A stretch of DNA of 64,000 bases from Bacteroidota bacterium (GCA_008933805.1 WBUH01000005.1:128822-192821); one strand, 5' to 3'; positions 20,857 through 30,960 are shown, numbered from the stretch's first letter. Numbers and translations: made by a program. The notes: a model not told the origin generated them from the letters alone.

Positions 20857-21483
20857 ATGAAATACAAGACTTTATCATTGGATAGAACCGACGTTGCCCC
20901 TTTTGTACTTTGGGCAATAGTGGCATTCTTAACATGGCTGTTTATGCACAGCGCCGATCATTACCTTACCCTTACACCCGAAGCATTGGGCAAATACTTT
21001 AGCCTGCGTTGGGTATTAATCTCCCACATTACCGCCGGTGGTGGTGCGTTATTATTAGGACTTATACAGTTTTGGCCCAAACTGCGGAACTTTAGCTACA
21101 AAGTGCACCGCATTATCGGCATACTGTATTTGCTGGCTATTTTAGTAAGCAGTATTTGCGCGGTAATACTGGCCTTTACCACAGCATACAAAGTAAACTG
21201 GGCGTATGCGTTTTCGGTACAAGTATGGGCATTCGTATGGATTAGCTCCACAGCCATTGCTTACTATACCGCCATTAAAAAGAAATTTACCCAGCACCGC
21301 CAATGGATGACAAGAAGTTACTTGGTAACTCTTGCTTTTATTATATCAGGCTTATCGCTACAAACCCCTTATGTAAAGAGCCTGGGCAGTTTTGAAGATA
21401 TATCACCCTCTTTATTTTGGATGGGTTGGGCAGTACCCTTGTACATGTACGAGATACTTTTAAGCCGCAAAGCAAAAGTATAA
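20857..21483 (+). CDS. DUF2306 family membrane protein
   Basis: H..AGG.AL..G..QF, HR..G..Y, HRQWMTRSY motifs; several TMs. Confidence 0.85.
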   Translation: MKYKTLSLDRTDVAPFVLWAIVAFLTWLFMHSADHYLTLTPEALGKYFSLRWVLISHITAGGGALLLGLIQFWPKLRNFSYKVHRIIGILYLLAILVSSICAVILAFTTAYKVNWAYAFSVQVWAFVWISSTAIAYYTAIKKKFTQHRQWMTRSYLVTLAFIISGLSLQTPYVKSLGSFEDISPSLFWMGWAVPLYMYEILLSRKAKV

Positions 21484-21504
21484 AAAGTATGGATTGGCCG
21501 AAGG

Positions 21505-21858
21505 TTAAACAGCCTCGGCCAATTTATCCATTAATTCATGTTTATAGGTATTACCCCAATCGTCCAACTGTTTCACAATGGGCAAAAAACTCCTGCCCAG
21601 CTCAGTAAGGCGGTACTCGCTACACAGCGGAAACCCCTCAGTAGTCTCTTTAACCACCACGCCAATCCCCAGTAATTCACTCAGTTGCATATCCAGCACC
21701 CGTGGCGTAGCCTCAGGTATGTAGCGGTGTATTTCGCTCGGCCTTGTGCAGCCCTTGTCTATCGCATCAATAATACAGGGTTTCCATTTAGCACCAAACA
21801 CCCGCATGGCCACAGTAATGCCACAACTAAAATCTTCCTTAATTTTTCGTTCGTACAT
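21505..21858 (-). CDS. HxlR-family winged-helix regulator
   Basis: KWKPCII, RPSEIHR, VLDMQLSEL, EYRLTELG. Confidence 0.9.
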   Translation of the reverse strand: MYERKIKEDFSCGITVAMRVFGAKWKPCIIDAIDKGCTRPSEIHRYIPEATPRVLDMQLSELLGIGVVVKETTEGFPLCSEYRLTELGRSFLPIVKQLDDWGNTYKHELMDKLAEAV

Positions 21859-22004
21859 ACCTCACAAAATTACGAGTTCCCAAAGTCAAAAATCAGGCCG
21901 CCAATACCGAATAATTATTCGGTACACCGATTATAAACCCTACCCCTGTTTTCCGTGCCTGCGGAAAGCCGCAATAAACTGACTACTCTATAGCACAAGC
22001 CGCT

Positions 22005-22210
22005 ATCCACCAACAACTATCAACCACCAACATCCCCGACATCCGACATCTGACATCAGACATCCATCCCCACCAACAACCACCAACTATCAACCACCAC
22101 CACACCCCTGACATCCAACATCTGCCATCTGACATCCATCCCCACCAACAACCATCAACCATCAACAACCATCAACCATCAACTACCAACCAACAACACC
22201 CCCGACATCA
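22005..22210. repeat. C/A-rich degenerate heptamer tandem array
   Basis: (C/T)GACATC and CAAC(C/T)A(T/C) units forming two ~65-70 bp higher-order copies; G nearly absent on the + strand. Confidence 0.8.
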
Positions 22211-22229
22211 AAAATTTCCTCCCCCACAT

Positions 22230-22255
22230 TGCACACTTTGCACCCCCTCCAATTA
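22230..22255 (+). promoter_or_regulatory. Shared virion-module motif (putative dedicated promoter), module A
   Basis: TGCACA-N13-CCAATTA, then 8 nt to ATG 22264. Confidence 0.65.
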
Positions 22256-22263
22256 CAGGGCAA

Positions 22264-22860
22264 ATGCAAAAACAACTCCCTGTTTACAAATTAAAAATTA
22301 CCGATGAAGACCCTGTATCAGGGGTTGATTACGTAGCATTGGTAGATGTGCCCGCCACCGAATTTAATTGGGTGGCATTTAACCGCCAAAAACCCATGCA
22401 GTTTAAGGTGCAGCACGCCGAGCAACGCATTATCTGCGGTGCGCTGATGGTAGCCAACCTGCCCATTTACCGCAAAGAGGGCGACCGCGAGTACTACGTG
22501 GTATTTGATGAGCCTACCATTAAAAGTGTTTGTTATAAATACTTCCGCAACCGTTACACCGCCAATGTAAATGTAATGCACAACCCGCAGCAAAAAGTGG
22601 GCGGCGTGTACATGGTGCAAAGCTATTTGATTGACAAACAAAACGGCGTAAATGCCCCTGCTTACTACCCCGAATTGCCTGACGGCAGCTGGTTTGGATG
22701 TTTTAAGGTGGATAACCCGCAAGTGTGGGACAACTACATAAAAACAGGCAAACTGCAAGGGTTTAGCGTGGAAGGGATGTTTGGCCAAATGCACGTAACC
22801 GATGCATCGGAAATTATTATCCAACAATTAATTGAGATTATCAAAAATGAAAATGACTAA
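22264..22860 (+). CDS. Phage prohead protease-like protein (XkdF / peptidase S78_2-like)
   Basis: VALVDVPA, IICGALMVAN, NVMH, LPDGSWFGCFKVDN..VW..IKTGKLQGFSVEG. Confidence 0.85.
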   Translation: MQKQLPVYKLKITDEDPVSGVDYVALVDVPATEFNWVAFNRQKPMQFKVQHAEQRIICGALMVANLPIYRKEGDREYYVVFDEPTIKSVCYKYFRNRYTANVNVMHNPQQKVGGVYMVQSYLIDKQNGVNAPAYYPELPDGSWFGCFKVDNPQVWDNYIKTGKLQGFSVEGMFGQMHVTDASEIIIQQLIEIIKNEND

Positions 22861-23440
22861 AGAAAAAATCCTGAAGGCCATTGGTACCGATGCCTGGGAT
22901 AAAATTAAAAAACTGGCCTTTGGCGAACAGCCCGCAGGCGAAGTAACCGAAACAATGCTGACCGACGGCACTGAAATTATGTACGAAGGCGCGCTGGCAG
23001 TAGGCACATTGGTGATGGTAATTACCCCCGAAGGTGAAATGCCCATTGCCGACGGTAAGTACGAATTGGAAGACGGTACCCGCTTCACCACCAAAAAAGG
23101 AGCGGTAGCAACCTTAGCCGCAGGCGGCGGAAAAGGCGTGAAAACAGGCTCGAAACCACAAACGGGCGCAATAAACCAAGCATCAGACCTGAAAGAGAAA
23201 ATAGAAATGATGTACCGACAGCACGAAGAAAACGCGGTGGAGTTGGCCGCTATAAAAAAGCAATTCAGTACTATGCAGGCCGATAACAAAGCCTTGCGCC
23301 AAAACCTGAGCAAAATTAGCCGCGTACTGGAAATACTGGTAGAAAACACCCCCGACGAGCCTATCCGCAACCGCCAGTTTGCCCATAACACCAATAACCC
23401 CACCAAAGCCGAGCGCATCGCCGCATTACTGAAAAGCTAA
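22847..23440 (+). CDS. Putative capsid scaffolding protein
   Basis: LTDGT...GEMPIADGKYELEDG domain plus C-terminal coiled coil; lies between protease and capsid genes and overlaps the protease stop. Confidence 0.7.
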   Translation: MKMTKEKILKAIGTDAWDKIKKLAFGEQPAGEVTETMLTDGTEIMYEGALAVGTLVMVITPEGEMPIADGKYELEDGTRFTTKKGAVATLAAGGGKGVKTGSKPQTGAINQASDLKEKIEMMYRQHEENAVELAAIKKQFSTMQADNKALRQNLSKISRVLEILVENTPDEPIRNRQFAHNTNNPTKAERIAALLKS

Positions 23441-23567
23441 TTCATTGCTTTTGGGAATTGGCCTTTAACCCTTAGCAATGACACTATGCTTTCATCTGCT
23501 AAAAGCCAAAGGCTAACGGCTAATAGCGATTAAAAATACTATCAACTCAAAACGATACAACACAACA

Positions 23568-24539
23568 ATGAAACACAACTCAATTCCCCGATTGCTTAAG
23601 CATTCGTTTGCATACAGCATCAGCTCGCTGGATAACTATACCGAGCAAAACGTAGTACCCTTGGTAACCAAATCACTGTTTGGCAGCCGCACCGCCGAAT
23701 TGTTCCCCGTACAAACAGGTATCAAATCAGCCGAGGTCATCAACATCATGGACGACCAAGTGTATTTTCAAAGCGGCACAGGATGCGGCTTCACCGCCAG
23801 CGGCGATACCACCTTCACCCAACGCACCATCACTGTAGGTAAAATCAAAGTGAATAAAAAATGGTGTCCCGATGAATTGGAAAGCAAATGGACACAATTT
23901 TTGCTAAACGCAGGCAGCTACTACGAAACCCTTGTGCCCGAAGAAGCCCTTGCCGATTTTATGACCGCTATTATTGCGCAGGAAATGGAAAAAGCTTACT
24001 GGCGCGGTGATACCACCAGCGGCAACCCAAACCTGAACAAATTTGATGGTTTTGTAAAAATTATCGACGCTGCCGGAACTGCCGTAGCAGGTAACACAAG
24101 CGCGCAAACTTCTATCACAGTGGCTAACGCCGTGGCAATACACAACAATATCCTTACTGCATTGCCCGCAAGTCTTTTAGACAAAGACGATGTGGTAATC
24201 TTAGAAGGATGGGACACTTTCCGCAAATTGATTTTAGGTCTTCAAGACGAAAACAACTTCTTTTACGATGCTGCCGGACCTGATAATCACATTGCAGGCG
24301 AATTGAGGTTGCCCGGAACTAACATTCGTGTGGTGGCTGTTCACGGTCTAAACGATACCAACCGCATTTTTGCAGGCCGCAGCAGCAATTTCTTCATCGG
24401 CACTGATTTGCTGAACGATTTTGAAAACTTCAACATCTGGTACAGCAAAGACAACGACGAGGTGCGCATGAAGGCCCGTTGGAAAGCCGGCGTACAAGTA
24501 GCATTCCCCAACGAAATTGTACAATACACCAACGCATAA
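23568..24539 (+). CDS. Major capsid protein (HK97-like fold, inferred)
   Basis: 323 aa; CGFTASGDTTFTQRTI.V, C..EL, W.GDT, FDGF, IGTDL..D, WYSKDNDEVR...K.GVQ resemble Bacteroidota siphophage capsids; follows protease and scaffold. Confidence 0.85.
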   Translation: MKHNSIPRLLKHSFAYSISSLDNYTEQNVVPLVTKSLFGSRTAELFPVQTGIKSAEVINIMDDQVYFQSGTGCGFTASGDTTFTQRTITVGKIKVNKKWCPDELESKWTQFLLNAGSYYETLVPEEALADFMTAIIAQEMEKAYWRGDTTSGNPNLNKFDGFVKIIDAAGTAVAGNTSAQTSITVANAVAIHNNILTALPASLLDKDDVVILEGWDTFRKLILGLQDENNFFYDAAGPDNHIAGELRLPGTNIRVVAVHGLNDTNRIFAGRSSNFFIGTDLLNDFENFNIWYSKDNDEVRMKARWKAGVQVAFPNEIVQYTNA

Positions 24540-24559
24540 TAGCTGTTTGCTCTTGGCTC

Positions 24560-24595
24560 TTGGCAATTAGCTAAAAGCCAAATGCTAATTGCCAA
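24560..24595. repeat. Inverted heptamer-derived repeat between capsid and tail genes
   Basis: TTGGCAATTAGC...GCTAATTGCCAA perfect 12-bp arms; GCTAAAAGCCAAA also at 23498-23510. Confidence 0.65.
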
Positions 24596-24656
24596 AAGCA
24601 GCCAACCCAAAATAAAAATCAAAACTCTTAAAACATAAAACTTAACAACTAAAAAT

Positions 24657-25169
24657 ATGTCATGTGCATTAACCACAGGCTTCACGCTGGATTGCCGACA
24701 AAGCAACGGCGGTATAGAAGCCGTATATTTTACAGAAATAGCCAACAAGGCAACATTAACTGCTGCAAGCGGTGTCATCACTGCATTCACATTGGCAGCC
24801 ACTAAAAAATTCTTCAAATACGAGTTGAGAAAAAAAACAGGGCAGTTGGAACAAAACATACAGGTAAACAACGAAAACGGCACTGTATTTTACGAACAAA
24901 CTCTTACCGTTAAATTAGATAAGTTGGAGGTAAATAAACGCAACGAAATTTTGTTGCTGGCCAAAAACAACCTGATGGTAATTGTGAAGGATAACAACGG
25001 CAAATACTGGCTGGTGGGCGAAACCCGCGGTGCTTTGTTAAGTGCCGGAAAAGGAACCACAGGAACCGCCTTTGGCGATATGAGCGGCTTTGAACTAACC
25101 TTTACAGGTGAAGAGCCCGAATTGGCCAAAGAAGTTGACTCAACCCTTATTGCTACATTAACAGCATAA
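24657..25169 (+). CDS. Major tail (tube) protein
   Basis: MSCALTTGFTLDC..SNGGI, ENGTVFYEQTL, VKDNNGKYWL.G, TGTAFGDMSGFELTFTGEE, as seen in Bacteroidota siphophage tail tubes. Confidence 0.8.
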   Translation: MSCALTTGFTLDCRQSNGGIEAVYFTEIANKATLTAASGVITAFTLAATKKFFKYELRKKTGQLEQNIQVNNENGTVFYEQTLTVKLDKLEVNKRNEILLLAKNNLMVIVKDNNGKYWLVGETRGALLSAGKGTTGTAFGDMSGFELTFTGEEPELAKEVDSTLIATLTA

Positions 25170-25214
25170 CCTTACAACGTACCGGTTTCATTCATCCGTT
25201 CTCCGGTATTTGTG

Positions 25215-25249
25215 CCCCGTTTGCAGCAATGCAAGCGGGGTTTTGTTTT
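25215..25249 (+). terminator. Intrinsic terminator closing module A
   Basis: CCCCGTTTGCA-GCAA-TGCAAGCGGGG followed by TTTTGTTTT. Confidence 0.85.
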
Positions 25250-25330
25250 ATAGTGAAATGATAATCGCACGCAAGGGAGCAATAAAGCATAAATTTGTTA
25301 GTGCCTTGGTGTCTTAGCGGCAGAAAAACC

Positions 25331-25900
25331 TTACAGTTTCTCCAAATACTTCTTTATAGCAAGTGGGAAATGCTTGTACTCCAACTCGTGTACCTTTTTA
25401 GCCAACGTTTCAGGCGTATCATCAGCATCAATCCTTGTTACAGCCTGCAACACAATTTCACCCTTATCGTATTCAGCGTCCACCGTGTGTATAGTTATAC
25501 CGCTTTCCTCTTCCCCGGCTTCAATAACAGCAATATGTACATTCATTCCGTACATTCCCTTACCGCCGTACTTAGGCAACAACGCAGGGTGTATATTCAA
25601 AATCCTGTTAGGAAACGCCTCGATAAGATTAGCAGGCACCAGCCATAAAAACCCGGCCAACACTACCAAATCAGCATCAAAAGCCTCAATCAAATCAACA
25701 ATTTTGCGGGTATTGTAAAACTCGTCCCTATCAAAAACCACACAGGGTACATCAAGGTCTTCGCAACGTTTTATTACGCCAGCTTTAGGGTTATTGCAAA
25801 AAACAGCCTCAACACTTGCAGTGCCGTCTTTCCTAAAAAATTCAATAATATTTTGGGCATTACTGCCTGAGCCCGAGGCAAAAATCACTATGTTTTTCAC
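25331..25900 (-). CDS. purN: Phosphoribosylglycinamide formyltransferase
   Basis: FASGSGSN, LAGF, LNIHPALLPKYGGKGMYG, SGITIH, YDKG. Confidence 0.96.
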   Translation of the reverse strand: MKNIVIFASGSGSNAQNIIEFFRKDGTASVEAVFCNNPKAGVIKRCEDLDVPCVVFDRDEFYNTRKIVDLIEAFDADLVVLAGFLWLVPANLIEAFPNRILNIHPALLPKYGGKGMYGMNVHIAVIEAGEEESGITIHTVDAEYDKGEIVLQAVTRIDADDTPETLAKKVHELEYKHFPLAIKKYLEKL

Positions 25901-25915
25901 CCCCGCAAGATACGG

Positions 25916-27412
25916 CTAAAACTCAAGTTCGGTATTAATGGCCTGCCCCATAAACGCATTGAAGTTAGACAAGCCGTTAAACAAGTGCATGGGCACAACA
26001 CTGATAATGAAATCGGTTTTGTTGTCAGACTTACGAACGCGCTTAGAAACAAGTGTCGATGTACCTGTCCATGGCGAAACCACACTGTTGTTTTCACGAG
26101 TAATACGGCCGTTGTACAATACCGAGTAAGCATACAGGTTGTTATCAATCGGCAACTCATACGGCCTGATACCTGTTAAAAAATTAGGGGTGCGCAAAAT
26201 TGGCCATGCGCCGCTCACAGGCAACAACGAGTCGTTTTGTTGCATCAAAAACGCATCTTTATTGGTAACAGGTAAATAAGATTTTATGGGGGTAAAGTCT
26301 AAGTAAGCAGGGTCGGTGGGTAAATTATCATTGGCAGCACTCACCACCATCATACGCCCGCCTTTATCAAAAAACACCGACGACGATTTTTGCAGTAATC
26401 CCAAACTGGCTTCGGTATCATCGCTAAACCACAATATGCGTTTAAAGAAACCGAATATCTGTGCTTGGGTAAAAGGGTCGGGAGATAGTTCTGTATAATT
26501 ATTTCCGTTCCGCTCGGTAGCCATCATCAAATCATACGGTTTTGAGGTTGCCGATGCCAACGCAGTTAAATAAAAGTTTTGCACCGATGCCCTTAAAAAC
26601 TGCGATTCAATAGCATTTACCACCAATATATCGCCTTGCGGTTTGCGTACAAACAAGGTGTAAGACGCAGTAAATGATGACTTACTGCCTGTTTTATCAA
26701 TGGCACGTATATACAGCTTGTTGCTGTCGTTCAGTTTTAAACCCCCAATGGTGCGGTTCCATGGGGTTTGGTTGCTTCCTAAATAAATATCGCAGTCGGT
26801 AATACTTCCGGTAAGGTTTTTACCCACTACTAATATATCGCGGATACCGGGGGCAATTTTAGTAAACGGACCGTTGGTATCGTTAAAACAAATCTCAAAC
26901 GAGTCCAGCGAAATATCACCGTCCAAATCGCCTGCCTGCCAAGTATAACGGATAGCGGGGAAACTACGCACAGGGGTGCGCGAAGGCACAGCCGACGATA
27001 CATAAAAGTTAACCGTAGGGGCTGAGTTTTTTACAGGGAAAAACAAACGAGCAGGAGAAGCATCAGCGTTGCCGTTGTTATCTATGGTACGAACTTCAAA
27101 ATCAAAATCAAACGTATCAGAATTGGTAGGGATTATCAGCGTAAAAACTGAGTCCTGCTTTTTGGTTGCCTGCCAAGCTGAATTGTTGATACGGTATTCA
27201 TACCCGGTAACAAAACCATCAGCATCAGTACCCCACCATTGCACCCGCACTTGCGAAGTGAAACGGTTATCCCCTTGCCTCACAATAGTATCAGCTACCA
27301 AATGTGTTTCAGGCGCGGTATTGGGTTTGGCAGTTCCGTCAAAATCCTTTTTGCAGGCGGCCAGCATTGCCACACAGGCCAATATGTATATGCAGCGAAG
27401 TACTCCCTTCAT
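25916..27412 (-). CDS. Hypothetical lipoprotein with Ig/Fn3-like domains
   Basis: LAAC lipobox; W.G.D.DG.V..YEY and FEVR.ID..G..D.SPA motifs. Confidence 0.65.
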   Translation of the reverse strand: MKGVLRCIYILACVAMLAACKKDFDGTAKPNTAPETHLVADTIVRQGDNRFTSQVRVQWWGTDADGFVTGYEYRINNSAWQATKKQDSVFTLIIPTNSDTFDFDFEVRTIDNNGNADASPARLFFPVKNSAPTVNFYVSSAVPSRTPVRSFPAIRYTWQAGDLDGDISLDSFEICFNDTNGPFTKIAPGIRDILVVGKNLTGSITDCDIYLGSNQTPWNRTIGGLKLNDSNKLYIRAIDKTGSKSSFTASYTLFVRKPQGDILVVNAIESQFLRASVQNFYLTALASATSKPYDLMMATERNGNNYTELSPDPFTQAQIFGFFKRILWFSDDTEASLGLLQKSSSVFFDKGGRMMVVSAANDNLPTDPAYLDFTPIKSYLPVTNKDAFLMQQNDSLLPVSGAWPILRTPNFLTGIRPYELPIDNNLYAYSVLYNGRITRENNSVVSPWTGTSTLVSKRVRKSDNKTDFIISVVPMHLFNGLSNFNAFMGQAINTELEF

Positions 27413-27504
27413 TCAACTGCAAACTTAGCTAATTTATACCTTTTGTTAAGTTAATGATATGTTAGCTTTTGAGATAAACTAATGCCGATTCTTACACGCA
27501 GCCC

Positions 27505-28542
27505 TTATTTGATAGACTTTAACAGCTCCGCAGCCTCTTTCTTCAATTTTTCATCTGTAAAAATCAACGACTCAAGCACTCTCTTAGCCTCAGCAGGGTT
27601 GTTTTGCTTCATTAGTGCTTTTGCCCTAAGCAGTTGGCCCTGCTCGTAATAGGTAAAAACCACGTTCTGCAATACCAGCAAACAACTGTCGTATAGTTTT
27701 GCATCAAAGTAACTTTGTGCAGTCAGGTAATTTAAAGAATCCTGTTGAGGGCTAAAGAAATTCAAGTTAGACACCTCTAAATTGTTATTAGAGATATTAT
27801 TATTCCTGAAATTGTTACTGACGTTATTATGTGAGGGATAAATATCCCTTCTCTGCTCCTTTTTAAGGGGTTGAGTAGCTTCTTTTTTATAATCAACTGC
27901 GGGTGGCGAAACTGTACTTTCTGTTATTACCACCTCTTTTTCTTCCATATCATCCGCACCCGCAACTTTTTCCGTTTCCTCTGCTTCACTTTTAAAAACA
28001 CTTTCAGGTAAAATGCTGCTTTCATCTTTACTCACAGAAACACTTTCGACATTCACAGGCGCACTATTAACTTCTCGTTCTTTTGAAGGAACAGAACCTG
28101 AGGGAACCGAACGTAATTCAGTAACACTATCTCTTTTGACAACGCTCTCTTCCACTTCAGAAGAAGCCGCTCCTTCCTCAGCCTTTCTTATATTCTCACT
28201 TTTAACTATCCTATCATCAGCAACGGGCGTAAGATTGTACCAACCTATGCCTAACCCAACCAGCAAAACAGCAGCGGCACTCCAATACCATAAAACCGCC
28301 ATTCGTTTCCGTTTGGGTTTCAGGTATTCGTCCACTTCTGCATTAATAGCAGCCACCGTTTGGGGCAGCATTTCGGGATGTGCAAGCGTATCAATACCTT
28401 CCTTCATATCCGCGCACAACTCACACCCTGCAACGTGTTGCTGCAAGGCTTGCAATTGGTTGGGGCTAAGCGTTTTTTGCGCATAGCCTTCCCACATCTC
28501 ATTGCTTATACATTGTGCTGTATCCATACTAGTAATGCCCAT
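27505..28542 (-). CDS. Putative anti-sigma factor (HxxxCxxC zinc motif, TM, linker, C-terminal TPR-like region)
   Basis: HVAGCELC, WSAAAVLL TM; directly downstream of an ECF sigma. Confidence 0.75.
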   Translation of the reverse strand: MGITSMDTAQCISNEMWEGYAQKTLSPNQLQALQQHVAGCELCADMKEGIDTLAHPEMLPQTVAAINAEVDEYLKPKRKRMAVLWYWSAAAVLLVGLGIGWYNLTPVADDRIVKSENIRKAEEGAASSEVEESVVKRDSVTELRSVPSGSVPSKEREVNSAPVNVESVSVSKDESSILPESVFKSEAEETEKVAGADDMEEKEVVITESTVSPPAVDYKKEATQPLKKEQRRDIYPSHNNVSNNFRNNNISNNNLEVSNLNFFSPQQDSLNYLTAQSYFDAKLYDSCLLVLQNVVFTYYEQGQLLRAKALMKQNNPAEAKRVLESLIFTDEKLKKEAAELLKSIK

Positions 28543-29126
28543 CCAAAAAGAATTCCTTTTTGTGCAAGGGCGTTTTTTAAATTACGTTTACCGTTTTGTA
28601 TATAACTCTTCACCTCATTAGCGGTGTAGCCCGTTTGCAGGCTTATCTCCTCATAACTTTTCTGTTTCAAAAAAAACAAATCAATACATTCCCGCTGCTT
28701 CTCATTCAACTGTGCCAATGCATTTTCCAACGCTTGCAGTTTGTGCTCTTTTTCCTCCCCTTCACCCTCTTGATGCAGTAACTCACCAAATTTCACAAAA
28801 AAAGTTTCACTTTCTTCTTCAGGCTCAGCTACCAGCACTTCCAGTGCGGGTTTGCGTAATTGCATCAAACAATAGTTTTTGCAAACACTGTATAGCCAAC
28901 TTTTAAAATTTTGCGGACTGTGCTTCAATAAGTCGGTAAACAGCTTTTCAAAAACAGCCATGCTGGCATCTTTGGCTGCGGCCTCATCCCTCAAGTATTT
29001 ATGGCATACCGTAAAACTAAGTAATGAGTACCGCTTAAACAGCTCACCCACCACCCATTTGTTATGGGTGTGTTGGTACTCTGCCACCAGTTCCTCATCC
29101 GTTTTATGGTGCTCAAATGCCGCCAT
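28506..29126 (-). CDS. ECF sigma-70 factor
   Basis: AAKDASMAVFEKL, FKSWLY, QRECIDLFF..QKSYEEI...VKSYIQNGKRNLK. Confidence 0.93.
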   Translation of the reverse strand: MAAFEHHKTDEELVAEYQHTHNKWVVGELFKRYSLLSFTVCHKYLRDEAAAKDASMAVFEKLFTDLLKHSPQNFKSWLYSVCKNYCLMQLRKPALEVLVAEPEEESETFFVKFGELLHQEGEGEEKEHKLQALENALAQLNEKQRECIDLFFLKQKSYEEISLQTGYTANEVKSYIQNGKRNLKNALAQKGILFGWALLVWIQHNV

Positions 29127-29213
29127 TTACAAGGGTTTCAAAAAAATTTTATTTCAGCTTATGGAATTTCAATTATAGCTGCATCAAATAGCAAACCAAA
29201 TACATCATCAAAT

Positions 29214-30884
29214 ATGAAACAAATTCTTGTCGTATTCGCCATTATCTGTTGCGGCGTCGCAAATGCACAATCCCCCAAAGCCATCAATGCCAAACTGCAA
29301 AAAGTTACTGTGTATTTGCAGGGAGCTGATTTACATTATACCGAGAACGTGAACCTGAGTGCAGGCATCAACGAGTTTGCCTTTGAGAACATATCGCCTT
29401 ACATCAATCAACCGTCGCTGCAAGCCAGTATTAAAAACGGAGTGGTGATGGATGTGAAATATGAACTTGTGTACGAAGAAGCCAAACCGAAACCGACTGC
29501 CAATAAAAAATACGACAAGGAGATTGAACAGGTGTTAGACTCTTTGGATGATTTGAGGTATGAAGAAAAGGATGCGGACAACCATTTAAAAGCCCTGACT
29601 ACTGAAAAAAATATGTTGATGAACAACCGCATCATTAAAGGTGAGCCGTTGAAAGACTCGTTGCAGTTGTTGCAACAAGGGATGGCTTTTTTGAAAGAAC
29701 GACTAAATGCCATTTATGCCGAAGAGTTGAAGTATGAAAAGATTAAGGACAAAATTGCAAAGGTGCGCAACCGACTTAACAACCGCCACAAAGCATTGCT
29801 ACTATTGCAAAGTGGTGAAGGCGCAGACAATAGCGGCGATGCCAAGCCCATACACAAAGTATTGGTAACGGTGTACGCTGAAAACCCAACCACCACACAA
29901 CTTAGTTTTAGTTATTTTGTTGATGCTGCAAACTGGGTACCCGCTTATGATTTGCAAGCCTCTTCTGTAAACGGTTCGTTAAAGCTGAACTACTTTGCCA
30001 ACGTTACACAAAATACCGGCCTTGATTGGAAAAACACTCAGCTTACCTTAAGCACCTCCACTCCTACCGAAAGCAATACCAAACCTACCCTTAGCCCTTG
30101 GTACCTTAGTTTTTACGAGTATAAAAGTTATTCACCCGCACCTTCCACAAACTCAGCAATGCCGCTTAAAAAGGAAAGTTTAGCCTTTAGACATAATAAT
30201 GCTGACGATATGACCGACCTGGAGGAAAAGGACTTGAACTCGCTGTTAGATTATATCAGCGTTACAGAAAACCTGTTGCGCGTAGAGTACGAGATAAAGC
30301 TGAACTACACATTGAACAGTGACGGAAAAACCCATAAAGTACTGATTAACGATAAGGATGTGCCGATGACCTTGCAGTTTGCCGCTGTTCCTAAAATAAG
30401 TTCTGACGCATTTTTAATGGCTCGTATCACCGGATGGGAAGAAATGAACATCATTCCGGGCAATGCCCGTTTGTATTTTGACGGTGCATTTGTAGGCCAG
30501 ATGTATTTAGACCCTTCAACCACCGAAGATACACTAAGCGTAAACTTAGGCAGGGATAAGAGTTTTGCCCTAACCCGCAAAAAGGTAAAAGAAAAACACA
30601 AAGAGAGATTTATAGGGGATGAAAAGATTGAAACCCGCACCATTGAGATTGTAGTACGGAACACTAAAAACCAAGCCATTGATGTGGAGGTAGAAGACCA
30701 GATACCCGTAGTAAGCGGCACAAACGAAATAAAAGTGGTATTGAAAGAAAGCGACGATGCAGAGTTGGACGAACCCAGCGGCAGCCTGAAATGGAAACTG
30801 AAGCTAAAAGCCAAAGAAACCAAAAAACTTAAGTTTACGTACGAAATCCATTACCCCAAAGACAAACCCATAGCGGGGCTATAA
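29214..30884 (+). CDS. DUF4139/DUF4140 domain protein
   Basis: VTVYLQGA, ANWVPAYDL, QNTGLDW....LTLST..P, AVPK, LGRD, VEDQIPV; signal peptide at MKQIL. Confidence 0.88.
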   Translation: MKQILVVFAIICCGVANAQSPKAINAKLQKVTVYLQGADLHYTENVNLSAGINEFAFENISPYINQPSLQASIKNGVVMDVKYELVYEEAKPKPTANKKYDKEIEQVLDSLDDLRYEEKDADNHLKALTTEKNMLMNNRIIKGEPLKDSLQLLQQGMAFLKERLNAIYAEELKYEKIKDKIAKVRNRLNNRHKALLLLQSGEGADNSGDAKPIHKVLVTVYAENPTTTQLSFSYFVDAANWVPAYDLQASSVNGSLKLNYFANVTQNTGLDWKNTQLTLSTSTPTESNTKPTLSPWYLSFYEYKSYSPAPSTNSAMPLKKESLAFRHNNADDMTDLEEKDLNSLLDYISVTENLLRVEYEIKLNYTLNSDGKTHKVLINDKDVPMTLQFAAVPKISSDAFLMARITGWEEMNIIPGNARLYFDGAFVGQMYLDPSTTEDTLSVNLGRDKSFALTRKKVKEKHKERFIGDEKIETRTIEIVVRNTKNQAIDVEVEDQIPVVSGTNEIKVVLKESDDAELDEPSGSLKWKLKLKAKETKKLKFTYEIHYPKDKPIAGL

Positions 30885-30960
30885 TAAAGAATGTTATCAC
30901 GCAAGTAAGTGTTACTGTCCCTTTTTGCCACGATAAGTTAAAACCTATCGCTTTTGTGAT

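Noticed and set aside
22005..22210. Possible CRISPR array, or the 61-aa Trp/Gly-rich ORF 21983-22168
   Set aside because: There is no constant repeat with unique spacers and no cas gene. The ORF is just the translation of the heptamer array.
23568..24539. Encapsulin nanocompartment
   Set aside because: It is accompanied by protease, scaffold, tail tube, portal and tape-measure genes, and no cargo enzyme is adjacent.
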